A stretch of DNA of 64,000 nt from Prorocentrum cordatum (GCA_963575745.1 CAUYUJ010000003.1:868001-932000); one strand, 5' to 3'. Shown: positions 50,400-60,970, counted from the first letter of the stretch. Numbers and translations: made by a program. The notes: generated by a model from the letters alone, not told the origin.

Positions 50400-53348
50400 C
50401 TAGTGCGTACGGCCCTGCGCCCGCGCGGCTATCGCAAGCACGGCATCCCGGGCCGCCAGTACCGACGGCTGGCACGCCGCATGTTCCAGCTCATGGGCTG
50501 CTCGGGCCAGGAACGCCGCGCGATTCTGGCACCTGCGGCATACCAGATCACCGTCGGTCAATCTTCCGACCCACGTGGGGGAAGCCAACGTGACGTCGCA
50601 CGCGTTCGTCAGCTGCTTCCTGTTGACTAAGACAGAAGTCTTCTCCGCCTTTCGTCGCTTGCGTGATCTGATACGCGGAGAGCCGCTGACTTCAATGGCG
50701 ACGTGATGACGCTCATTCGTGACAATCCAGCCTAGCTCGGCGGGAATGCCGATCGTTGCCCCGTCGCAAACCTTGGGCAAAGCGCACAAGCGACGCGCGC
50801 GCTCGCCATGCAACGGCGCTGGCGAGAAGACCGCTGCTGATGCGGGGTTCAGTCTGGCTGGCTGCGACGGTGGCGCTGGGTGCGCCTGCACAGCGACCGA
50901 ACGCTTTGCTCGCATGACGCGGCTTCGGGCGCTATTTGCGCCGGCCTGCGGGGCGCCCGCTACCGTGTCTCCCACGGCCGATGATGGCGCGGAGTGCGCC
51001 TGAACGAAACGGCGGCGCTGCACATGCGCACATTACGCTCCCCCCCGGCGCTGCGTGCGCCTGCACCGCTGTTGTTGCTGCAGCGGGCTGCACATACGCC
51101 CGCGACGGTGACGCTGCCTGCGCCTGCGCGGTAAAGAAGCGCTCCGCGCACGACGACCCCTGGCGCTGCGTGCGCCCGCCTGCGCTGATGCTGCTGCAAC
51201 AACGTCGCCCCCAAGGGCTGACGTTGGCGCTGCATGCGCTCGCGCTGCTGCTGCAGCTGCCTGCACATACGCCCGCGACGGTGACGCTGCCTGCGCCTGC
51301 GCGGCAAAGAAACGCTCCGCGCGAATTACAAAGCCCCTGGCGCCGCATGCGCCCGCCTGCGCTGCTGCTGCAACAACATCGCCCCCAAGGGGTGACGTTG
51401 GCGCTGCCTGCGCCTGCGCTGCTGCTGCCGCAGGGGCAGCTCCAACCGCTGGCGCCGCTGCTCCCGCAAGCTCCCCGGCACTCGGCTGTGCTGCCGGCTT
51501 TGCCCGCTCGACGGGCAACGCTGCGGATGACTGGCTGTCTCTTTCCTCATCGCTGCCGATCTCGCCTTCCTCTAGCGCGCGTTTACCAGCGATCCCGCGC
51601 AGGCGCTGCGCCCGCCGCGGCCGCTGCGGCGGCTGGGCAGCGCGGCGGCCCCGGCTGCGGAACTGTCGCCTCAGCGCTGCGCTCTGCTCCCCGTAATTGG
51701 ACGCGGTGAACGCGCCAAACCGCCGGCGCGCCAGCTCTTTCTTTACCGCCGGCGGCAGAAACTTCGCGGGCTCGGGCGCGCCCTGTGCCGCCAGCAGCTG
51801 CATCGCGCGGCGCCGCGCGCCCGCTGCGACCTCCTGCGCGGCTGGCGTATCCCACCAAGCTTTGACCCCTTCGAATCGCAGGGGGGCTGGCAAGCTGGCC
51901 ACGGCCTCGTGAAACACTTCGTGCATGTACAGACGGACGAAACCCTGCTGCTCACGTCTGGTTCCAGCGTATCGCAACGGCATCATGTTCGGGGCGCCGG
52001 TGCTTCCGCCACCATCGCGGGGCGTCCAGCCCCCGCCAACAACGCGCTCTGTCCACGGAAGCTGCACGCTTTCCGCCAACGTCGGCATGAAACGCCTCAG
52101 GCTGTACGACGTGATCAGTTTCCTCTCGAGCGGTGAATTCAGACAAAGGCCGATCTCAGACTGCAGAAACTTTGAGAAGTGCGCGAGACGCCAGAGCTGC
52201 CCCGTATCCTCGTGCGCCGCGAGGCCCCTTGGCAGGGGGGCGCCTTCGCCGGCAGCCCCTGCGCGCTTATGCCACGCGTCCCAGAGCACATCCGCTGCGC
52301 AACGCGGCTCCGCGGTCCGCACCAGGCACCAATCGAAACATCCGCCGCGCTTTCCGCGGTAACATCTGAACCAGGCCAGCGCTCTCGTCCTTTCAATCGG
52401 GTACGACCGTGACAAATGCTGGAATCTCAGCCACCCGTGGCACAGCGCGATCGCTGCAGCGGCGGGAACCTCGAGCCAACCGCGCTGCGCTGCCTGTGCG
52501 GCAAGTATCTGATGCAGGAACGATACCATGCACGGCTCGAGCACGGTCGCTTGCCGCAACTCTCCCCCCGCTTTGCTCGCGGGCCGCGCGTCTGGCTTCA
52601 TCGCGTCTTCGAGCGCGAACGGCGCACCGAGATACTTCTGCAGCCACTTCAACCGATTCCACACGCGCACCCCGGAGGCTTGTTCACCGCACATATGACA
52701 TATGAACTCGTCCACCATCAGTGTGCTGCCAGCAGCCTCCGCGGAGAGGGGCTCGAGCTGCCGTGCTCGGGCCCACGCCTCCCATCTCGCCCAGACGCGC
52801 AGCGCGTCCCGGACCCCCGCGCTCGCGAAGCGCGCCAGCCTCTTCGCCGCCGCGGACCCGGGTCCGCACAAGCGCTGCGCCTGGCCCTCGGGGAGCCCCC
52901 GCGCCAAGCCGTGCGCTGGGCCCCAGGACGCGGACAGCTGCACCGCTGCCCCGGCCGCGCTGGCGCGCTGCGCGGCGTCCGCCTCCTCTGTGCCGGAGGC
53001 GCTCGCCGCCGCGCGCTGCACGCCGCGCCCCCCTCTTGGCGGGCGCAAGCCAGGGAGGACCATCGCCAGCGCGCGTGGCGGAGCGTCCGCCTTGCGCGCG
53101 GGCGGCGCTGACTGCGCCTCGCGGGCCACCCTGTGCCACGCTGCCACTCGCGGATGCCCCGCGAGCTGCCGAGCTCGCCGCCACGCCTCCTCCTGTCCCG
53201 AGGCCGCGGCTGCCTCCACCGTGGTAAAGAAAAATGCCAGGTCGTCGACGTCCTCGATGCCTACCTCCCTGACGAAACACCAGAAGCGAGCGCGCGCGTC
53301 GACCGGCAACGTACTCCCTATGGCGGCCAATCCACATTCGCCTGCCAT
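50400..53348 (-). CDS. Tyrosine recombinase with a long Ala-rich tail and C-terminal His/Cys cluster, 903 aa after splicing
   Basis: LRFQH (R), RGK (K), YSLRR (HxxR box with H>Y), GGW and MPLRY (catalytic Y). Three minus ORFs are joined by splicing; the tail has RHH...C...CRRC. Confidence 0.88.
50886..51356 (-). other. Four GC-AG introns in the YR tail: 51297-51356 (60 nt), 51124-51179 (56), 51000-51060 (61), 50886-50945 (60)
   Basis: All have CAG|GC...CAG|GC boundaries; the 56- and 61-nt introns coincide with the two apparent frameshifts. Confidence 0.82.
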
Positions 53349-53401
53349 CGCCACCGCCAAGCAAATGGATGCGAAGCGCAAAAGACAGCAGAGAAACCCG
53401 A

Positions 53402-53620
53402 GAAAAAACAAATCGCAAGGTGAGCGCGGCCACCGCGGCCCGTCGCCCCCCCTTCCTCGCAGCCCCTCGGCGCGGGCAGCGAAGGGGGGGGGCGCCCCCC
53501 CCCCTCTCTTCGCCCCTGCGCCCCGAGCTTGAGCTGCATGCGCGGGCGACGTTTCCAAGGTGTCCGCGCGCGTACATTATGAAGCACTCACCCATGCCTG
53601 CCCGGGCCTAAAGTGCACCC
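53402..53620 (-). repeat. Split direct repeat A1 (5' terminus)
   Basis: Matches 45404-45615. Confidence 0.95.
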
Positions 53621-53682
53621 AAGACCGCCAAGGGCACGGGGCGAAGTCACGCGGGCCATGGCGGCAGTTGGTAGAGCGACGC

Positions 53683-53694
53683 GCTCCGCTACCA
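53683..53694 (-). promoter_or_regulatory. Primer-binding site of copia-2 (initiator tRNA-Met-like)
   Basis: Minus strand TGGTAGCGGAGC, 7 nt after the LTR; 10/12 match to the TGGTAGCAGAGG iMet complement. Confidence 0.65.
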
Positions 53695-53701
53695 ACTAGA
53701 G

Positions 53702-53869
53702 TGTAAAGCGATGGCACAAGATCTGTTTTTGCGTGTCAAGCTGAAGGGTATGTGGAGCGGGCGCGGAGCCTGGCCAGGCTTGAGCCACACGCCCATGGCC
53801 CAACCCTGGTCCCTGCTATGCTTCAAGCGTGCAGACTGCCATGATACCGTGTAGCCTAACGTTTGTGCA
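53702..53869 (-). repeat. 5' LTR of copia-2
   Basis: TG...CA ends, homologous to 32925-33112, adjacent to the PBS. Confidence 0.8.
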
Positions 53870-53914
53870 AGAAGAAGTCGGAGGACGGGGAAGGGGAGGA
53901 AAAGGAGGAGGACT

Positions 53915-54810
53915 AAATGGAGGACCGGCGTAATACCAACACGCATCAACGGTGATGCAATAAACCGCACCCCTTGTATGAATTATGGCCATTGCGGTAA
54001 GCGCCCACCTAGAAGACAACCGTTTGAGAATCATCAATCGTGCCAAAACACCATTCCTTCGACTTCAGCACCGCGAATCAAAGTGACTGTTGCGCCCTGA
54101 CAGCCCTAAATCGTGCCAGTGTACCATTCCAGGGTCTTGTACCACACGAACCTTTAAATTGTTGTAAACAAAACTCATGTGCGCGGTGTTAATGCGAACG
54201 CCACATGTTGAAAACAGCACGACCTCCACCCTTGAAACATTTATATATGTTAACAAACGATTGTGCGCGGCGCTCAAGCGATGACCACATGCTGACAACG
54301 AACCACCCTGTATCCAGGAAGTGGCTACAAATGTTGAAGACGAATGTGCGCAGTGCTTCGGCCATAACCACAGCTTGACAACCACCCGCCCTCCATCCGC
54401 GAAGCTGCTGCGAGTTCCAAGCTTCATGATCAAAAATTGAAGGGACATTTCACGCGAAACGCCCAACCCGCCCTACTAACACGTTTGGGGCTGCGACAGC
54501 GAAGAATTATTTATAAGGATAATGGGATGAGTAAGAAGAGGGCCACTACCGTAAACCCAAAACGCATCAATGATGTTGTGAAGAACCGTCCCTCCAAAGT
54601 CGCCCCTGACGCATACCCCAAATAATGTTGTCTCTTTGCGGTTAATTTTCAATTTTAACACAACCGTTTGGGAATCTGGAACTGCGCCGAAACACCATTC
54701 CTGGGGCTTCAGCGCTGCGACTTAACCTGACAGCCGCGTCCTGGCAATCCTACGTCTTGCCAGAATACCATCTTTGAGACTCCTTCGACACCACGAAGCA
54801 ACGTTAATGT
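53915..54810. repeat. Diverged tandem duplication with a period of about 620-645 bp
   Basis: acgcatcaa at about 53941 and 54562; caaccgtttg.gaatc...aaacaccattcct...cttcagc at about 54018 and 54662. Confidence 0.7.
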
Positions 54811-54952
54811 TACGTCGTGAGGATATTGTCAAACATACGGACCCCTGAACCTACTGCATGGATGGTGAGGAGGTTTCCGGCGAAACACCGGCCCGCCCTG
54901 CCGACAAATCTGGGGGTGCGACAGGAGGAACTTATTAATTCCCTCTGTCAGT

Positions 54953-55165
54953 CTGTCGGTCTGGCGGCTTTGTTGCCGCCGTCGCCGCCCCGTCGCCGAC
55001 CCGACGCCGCCCGTAATTGGGCCTGTCGGTCCGGCAGCTATGTTGCCGCTGTCGTCGCCACGTCGCCGCCTCGCCGCCACCCGTATCTGGGCCATTCTGT
55101 CGGTCTGGGAAATATATTGTCGCCGTCACCGCCCTGTTATCGCCGTCGCCGCTCGCTGCCGCCGC
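54953..55165. repeat. Tandem repeat of about 70-74 bp, 3 copies
   Basis: ctgtcggtc(t/c)gg...ttg(c/t)cgc.gtc at 54953, 55023 and 55097. Confidence 0.75.
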
Positions 55166-55689
55166 GATATGGCACAACATAGGTTGAACAACATATATAG
55201 CACAGAATAGGTTGCAACACACATATTGCATCAAGTTTATTGTTTCACGTAGACTGCACAGCGTGGTGCACCATATGGGTTGCACTACATGGATTGCACC
55301 ACATCGGTTTCACAACAGAGAGAACACACCATAGACTGCGCACAACATGTTGCACAACACAAGTTCTCCGTTCTTTAAAAAGAATAGATTCTACCCCCCC
55401 CCCCAGGATTATCCCTCCTTTTCGCATTGCAATTTACATATGGGTCTGTCCATCGCCCATCGCATATATGAACTCAGACCATCCCAGGGAAACCAGTATC
55501 GACCCCCCCCCCGTTCTCCTCTGGAGACAACTATGCGCGCGCACTCATCTATCACAACTAATACGTTGTTCCATACACCCTTACAACACATGGGACGAAG
55601 TGCGCGCGTCGTCGAGCGCGCATGCCGACGTGACCAGCAATAATATAAAACACACATGGTGTCGCAACACGGATGTTCAAACACAACTT

Positions 55690-55885
55690 GAGCGCGCGCT
55701 CTGGAGAATTATTTTGAAAATCCTAGGTCTTTCAACGGTTCATAAAATGCCAATGCTATCAAACGGGATTCGCGCGCGCATGTTAAAAACCGTTCGAACG
55801 CCATTGCGCTCGTGCTGTCGCGAGAATCCTTTGCAACAAACGGGACGAAGTGCACGCGCGCGTTGTCGCGCCGAAATCTGTCAAA
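55690..55885 (+). repeat. Dispersed repeat, copy 2 (copy 1 at 7720-7925)
   Basis: Same shared blocks as copy 1. Confidence 0.75.
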
Positions 55886-56127
55886 AGCCTTTTAGGTTTC
55901 GCAGGGCCTCCTCCTCCTCCTCCTCGCACCTCCCTCCTCCCTCCTCTCTCCTATCTCATCATCCCCCCGCTTCCACGATGCCCCGAGCTCCTCTCGCCCG
56001 CCTCCGCCGCGCGGGCGAGCTGCAGCGCCTCCACGCTACCGGGCGCGGCCTTCAGCAACGCCTGGGCAGCCTCGGAGGCGCGGTCGTACTCTCCGAGCGC
56101 CAGGCAGACCTTTGGGCGCGCTCCAAG

Positions 56128-56512
56128 AGGAGGAGGGGGAGAAGAAGGATGGGGGGAGGAGAAGGAGAAGGGGGGGAGAAAGAAGAAGGACGGGAGCAGG
56201 GAGGAGGGGGAGGAGGAGGAGGAGGACGAGGAGGAGGAGGAGGACGAGGAGGAGGAGAAGGAAGAGGAGGAGGGGGAGGAGGAGGACGAGGAGGAGGAGG
56301 ACGAGGAGGAGGAGGACGAGGAGGAGGAGGAGGAGGAAGGGAGGAGAACGGCAGTGGGGAGAGAAGGGAGAGGAGCAGGAGGAGGAGGAAGAGGAGGAGG
56401 AGGCACTTATGGGTTACGACTATTCGAGGAAGAGGGGGAAGGAACAGGAGGAGGAGGAGGAGAAGGAGGAGGATAAGGAGTACGAGGAGGAGAAAGGAGG
56501 TGCAAGGAGGAA
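56128..56512. repeat. (GAG)n purine-rich low-complexity tract
   Basis: Visible tract. Confidence 0.95.
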
Positions 56513-56724
56513 AAGTCCTCCTCCCGCCTCCTTCTCCTCTTCCTGCCCCCGCCAGCATATCTCATCGGATGGGCGTTCCCGCACACCGATATCACTCATC
56601 CCCCTCTCTTCTCTTCCTGGGCATCTCTCCCCCGTTCCTCTGCATGGGCAGAGAGCCCTCCTGTGGTCCCTCTTGTGCTCCTATCCTCCTTCCTCCCCAC
56701 TTCCTCCCCCTCCCCCCTCCTCAC

Positions 56725-59560
56725 CGCATCATCGGGCTCCTACCTGAGGTGGCTCGGCTGTGGTCCACGTTCTGCGAGGATGCAGCTAAGGAGAATAATC
56801 AAGCATGTGTTGATCACTTCGGAAGTGCAACCAAGAGCGACTCAGCTCTGCGCAAGGCTTACGACCGAGCCTTACGTGAAGAGCTGGCTGTCCATGTTCA
56901 GACCAAACAGGGTCACGGGCTGCTGGACATTTTACAAGTGTACAGCTCGATCGCGTGGGACACGTTGGGAAAGCAGGCTCTCGACCTGGACGTCCCCGCG
57001 GAGGTGTTAGGCCTCGAGATCCTCCGATGAAGGCCCCGAGGTCCTTGACCCAGAGCGGGGTCTACGCAGAGGTCATATTCCCTACGAGGTCAGTGGTCCA
57101 AGGATTGCGATCAGGAACACGTTTCACCAAAGTCGTAATTTTCAAGGCCCTCCAGCGGGCCAATGACATCCATACCAATCTTTCTCTCAGAATTTCGGTC
57201 GACGACTTATCTCAACGGATGCAGGGAGCACATCGAGCGACCAGTAAGCACATGTATCGGAGTCTCACCGACACCTACACCCAGTTGCAGCAGCAAGGCC
57301 TCTCCATAGCCCAGACGGGCACCATCTTATGACCCAGCAAGGACAACGCCAGGCGAGGATTCCCCATCCAGGCGAAATCCCAAGCCAGCTACCTGGGCAA
57401 CGACCTGGGCGCTGGAATTCGACACGCGCGTGGCAATCGTACGCAGAGGCGGAAGCAACAGAAGATCGTTCGCCTGGCCACGGCTACCCATCGGTACCGA
57501 GTGACTGAGGGGCTCGCCCACCAGGGCGGGCAGGCTGCAGGGACCCACGGGCATCAGCTCCACTAGGTGGCCGCAGTTGAACCCTACCCCCACCCCCCAC
57601 GATTTCTAAGAGGGGGTGGGGGTTGGGTTCACCTGTGGCCACCGATACGCGGCGTCTGCGGCACCCAGCTTACCATCTTCCGACGACGCCTGGGCGATGC
57701 GGTCGGTCTCCGATTTCCAGGAAGGCACTCGACAACCCTCCTGGACCTGAAACCAGCTGGGCGAGACCGAACACGACGCTTCCCACGGGAGGCTATCCAC
57801 GCGTGGCTCAGCCAGTGGATCCAGGTTGGCCCTTTACAGAAGGCTATTCAGTTCACGTGGCGAAGGGTCGTCGAGCACTTTCGAGAGCTCCACCCTCAAG
57901 CATCGAGTCCACCATGTTCGCGGGCCCCAGTCCGCCATCATCCTATACCTTCTCGAGCAGGACTGGGACCCAGTCCAGCCCAAAGAATGGCGGTTCCCAC
58001 CAACGTTGACAACAGCATCGATACACTCGAATTTCGACATGAGCAGCGACTTCGACGTCAGCATCCAGAACGAGCGCTAGGAACAGCCCAGCAAGCACTA
58101 CGGCGGAGGTGGCATGGAGAGCGGCATCAACAATCATTCGTGTCGGCGGCTGCTGCGGTACATAGAGACCACGGCCAACGGTGTTCGATTGGCGGCACTC
58201 ATGCTGACCGTCGCAGTTGGGGCCATGTGGTCAAAGGCTCGGGTCAAGAACCAAGTCAAGATGGCTGACACAAAAGGCATCAGCGAGAGGTGCGGGGAGT
58301 CGGAGGAGACCTGCTTTCACCACACCTGGACGTGCAGATGCCAAATGGAGAACATCATCGACGAGGCCCCAACCCACCTCATCCCCGAGGCCACCGCACA
58401 ACTGCACATGTAAGTAATGTTTCTGGAATCGAGGGTTTCTCCCTCGTCAGTGGACTGCCCTACCGCCACCTGTCAGGCAGGAAGAGCGGTTCACCTACGG
58501 CACGGACACATCTCATGCGGGATTCTTCGGGGGTGGGCAGGGCGAGCCTCTCGATGCGTTCGGTAACGCCAGCGGTGGACCTGACAGAACCATCAGTCCC
58601 CTACGGCGTGTCGGGGTCGGGCTTGGCGTGCTCACCGATATCAACAAGAACGGCATGGCCCCCGACGGTGCTGCGCGGGGAGCCCTGCCAGGAGTGAGGC
58701 AGACCGTCATACGTGGGGAGCTCATGGCTTTTGCGATGACACAGGAGAGAACAGTGGGAGACGTCGTTTTTTCACCGACAGTGAAGGAATCTAACTCATG
58801 GTTTACAATGGGCACGTTGACACGCCCGAGGGAGCAGATGCAGATGTGTGGATCCGTGCGCAAGTGGCCGTGCGAGCACCGCGATGCGACGTTATGCTCA
58901 CCTGCATTCGAGCACTTCAGACTCTGCAAGACATCGCTGACGGACAAGCTGCCAGTTCTCCTGAGCATGACCATGTAGTCGCTGATGACCTTGCGGGAGG
59001 ATCAGCGTTAGAAGCTCGCGTCCCCACTGCTCCTAGGCAGCAGTGTGCATTAACCGAGCACGAAGTTCGTTCAATTGGAATGCGACTCCTTCCGGCGGCT
59101 ACTGAAAGTCTACAGGCCGAACGTTTAGCACACCCTGAACGCCCCAGGGCTCGGAAGCAGAAGCATGAGGCTCCTGCCTAACCGCTCGCCCCCGCACAGC
59201 GTGCCTTCTTTTCCTCCAGACACGTGATAGATAGTCGGGGACTAAATGCAGTAGGTGTTTCAACTCGGACGCAAATGGCCTGCTGCGCGCCCAGTAGCTT
59301 AATAGTGCGTTTTATGACGTGGTGCATGTCGATGGCACTAATATGAACCCCCTCGGGAAGCAAGTACATGTAGCAATGGCATTCGCTCATGTAGCCCGTC
59401 GTGTGAGGGTCCACGCTGGACTTAAGATCTGATTATGTTCGTTGTCACTGTGGGGGCTACAACAACACGGTTGCTGGGCAAACTCGGTGACACGTGTTCT
59501 GACCCCACCCCCGCTGGAAGAGAGGATCTAAGGCGAACTCACGCAGGGCGTTGGCCCAAA
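56725..59560 (+). mobile_element. 5'-truncated degenerate LINE (RT, Zn finger, RNase H)
   Basis: RIIGLLPEVARLWS, LLDILQVYSSI, SVVQGLRSG, ISVDDLSQ; ERCGESEETCFHHTWTC; RNase H ALPGVRQTVIRGEL. Same architecture as the 23.5-31.3 kb LINE. Confidence 0.88.
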
Positions 59561-60581
59561 GTTCTCAGTTGAGTTGAGCGTGAGGAAGAAGCGGGGCAAC
59601 CCTCAGCAACCCTTGTGGGGACAAGCCCCTGGCGGACCTACTCCTACCCCAGGTAGGCCTGCGGCGCCCCAGTGCCATCTCCACCAGCGTCCCCTGGCAC
59701 CGCATCGACGAAGAAGGGTTCGGCAACCAGGCCGGGCAGAAGGGGTAAGCGGCCAAGTGGGACGGCTGTCCCCTGGCAGCACTGGCCTTGGTCTGGGAGG
59801 CAGGGCAGACCCCACCTGGGATGTTCGCCTTCCAGCCCGACACGCCTCGGCACAGCACCCACGCTTGCGCTGGCGACCTGGTATGTGGCCTCCCGTGTTT
59901 TGCCGATGGGGGGAATGCACTCCGTGCCAGGGCATGGGATGCCCGGTGGTACTGTTCCGGGTGTCTGGTCGACAGCTAGGACGCGCGACCATCTGACGTG
60001 CAGACCATCCTGGCGAAGGAGGGGAGGCGCGTCTACCCGGCCAACCCTACTGCTCGCCCAAAGGTCGGTCCTGCGGCCAGCCTGGATGTGAACCCGCCAG
60101 TCGCCGCCTCCGCACCTGCTACCAGCAGCAACCACGACCTGGGCACAGGCTAGGAGCTCCAGAGGGCGCAGCGCGCCGTTTCCTGGCCGAGATCAACCAG
60201 CCAGGATCCGCTACGGATCTGGGAACCCCCAAAGGAGCACCTGGACACCGCCAACCTCCTGGACACCTCTGCCAAGAAGGAGAGGCCAGCCGCCCAGAAG
60301 GACCGCTGGACGAAGGCTCAAACCGCACTGGACGTGGCATGGCGCGACCGCCATCGGGCAGCACCTGACGCGGCCGCCGGAAGCTGGGACGACAGAAGGC
60401 AGTCGCCGCAGCGCAGGCGCAGGCAGGCGTCACCCCCCTGGTCGCCGCCGAGGGCGCAACCAGCAAGCCCCCTCCCCCCCCACACACACACATCGAGGGC
60501 GGTCTGAAGAGCTCGAGAGAAAGATTACCCCAGTGCGACCCTACCTAGAAGTTGGAGCCCCTAGGAAAGCAGCATTAGTTG

Positions 60582-60970
60582 CCATGCTATGCTATGCTAT
60601 GTTATGCCATGCTATGATGCGCTATGTTATGCTATGCTATGCTATGCTGCGCTATGCTATGATATGCTATGCTATGCTATGCTGTGCTGTGCTGTGCTGT
60701 GCTGTGCTGTGCTGCGCTGCGCTGCGCTGCGCTGCGCCATGTTATGCTATGATGCGCTATGCTATGCTATGCTGGGCTATGCTATGATATGAGGTGCTGC
60801 GCTATGCTGTGCTACGCTATGCTATGTTATGCTGTGCTCTGCGATGCTAAAGCTCAGCGAAGCTAAGATGATGGTAAGCTAAGCTAAGATAATCCTGAGC
60901 TAAGATGAAGCTAAGCTAAGTTAAGATGAAATAAGCTAAGCTAAGATGAGATAAGCAACGCTAAGCTAAG
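60582..60970. repeat. Compound pentanucleotide satellite: (ATGCT)n, (GTGCT)n, (GCGCT)n, then (GCTAA)n/(GATGA)n
   Basis: Directly visible 5-bp periodicity. Confidence 0.97.

Larger units (their letters stand above)
45020..53620 (-). mobile_element. Tyrosine-recombinase retrotransposon (DIRS order) with split direct repeats; intron-containing and apparently intact
   Basis: A1 (53402-53620), YR, gag, RT/RH, B1 (45616-45840), A2 (45404-45615), spacer, B2 (45020-45244). Repeat copies are nearly identical and there is no TSD. Confidence 0.95.
32925..53869 (-). mobile_element. Copia-type LTR retrotransposon 2 (old) carrying dUTPase and C5-methyltransferase domains, with two nested insertions
   Basis: LTR pair and iMet-like PBS. 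Protease YVDAGAW (about 41590); dUTPase; methyltransferase; RRLHLQWWHA (HHCC); TPCNVVFGRRP (integrase); RT VDAQKALLWG, IKPGTG..APR, KRVDDI; RNase H DARDMRAQSMTKG ending at 33675. Confidence 0.85.

Noticed and set aside
53525..53540. GCTCAAG in repeat A1 as an SL relic
   Set aside because: Only 7 nt, produced by the 6-nt indel that is absent from A2.
53349..53558. N-terminal 70 aa of the listed 841-aa ORF
   Set aside because: Starts at a non-ATG codon within terminal repeat A1; the ATG at 53348 is the more plausible start.
53651..53694. tRNA gene
   Set aside because: Only a D-arm-like piece and a CCA end; no anticodon or T arm. Treated as the PBS hairpin instead.
55240..57030. 596-aa ORF as a gene
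   Set aside because: A chance read-through of a dispersed repeat, a (GAG)n tract and the start of a LINE RT.
60500..60530. Hammerhead-like CTGAAGAG...GAAA
   Set aside because: Stem II lacks the closing G-C pair and no convincing stems I and III are present.
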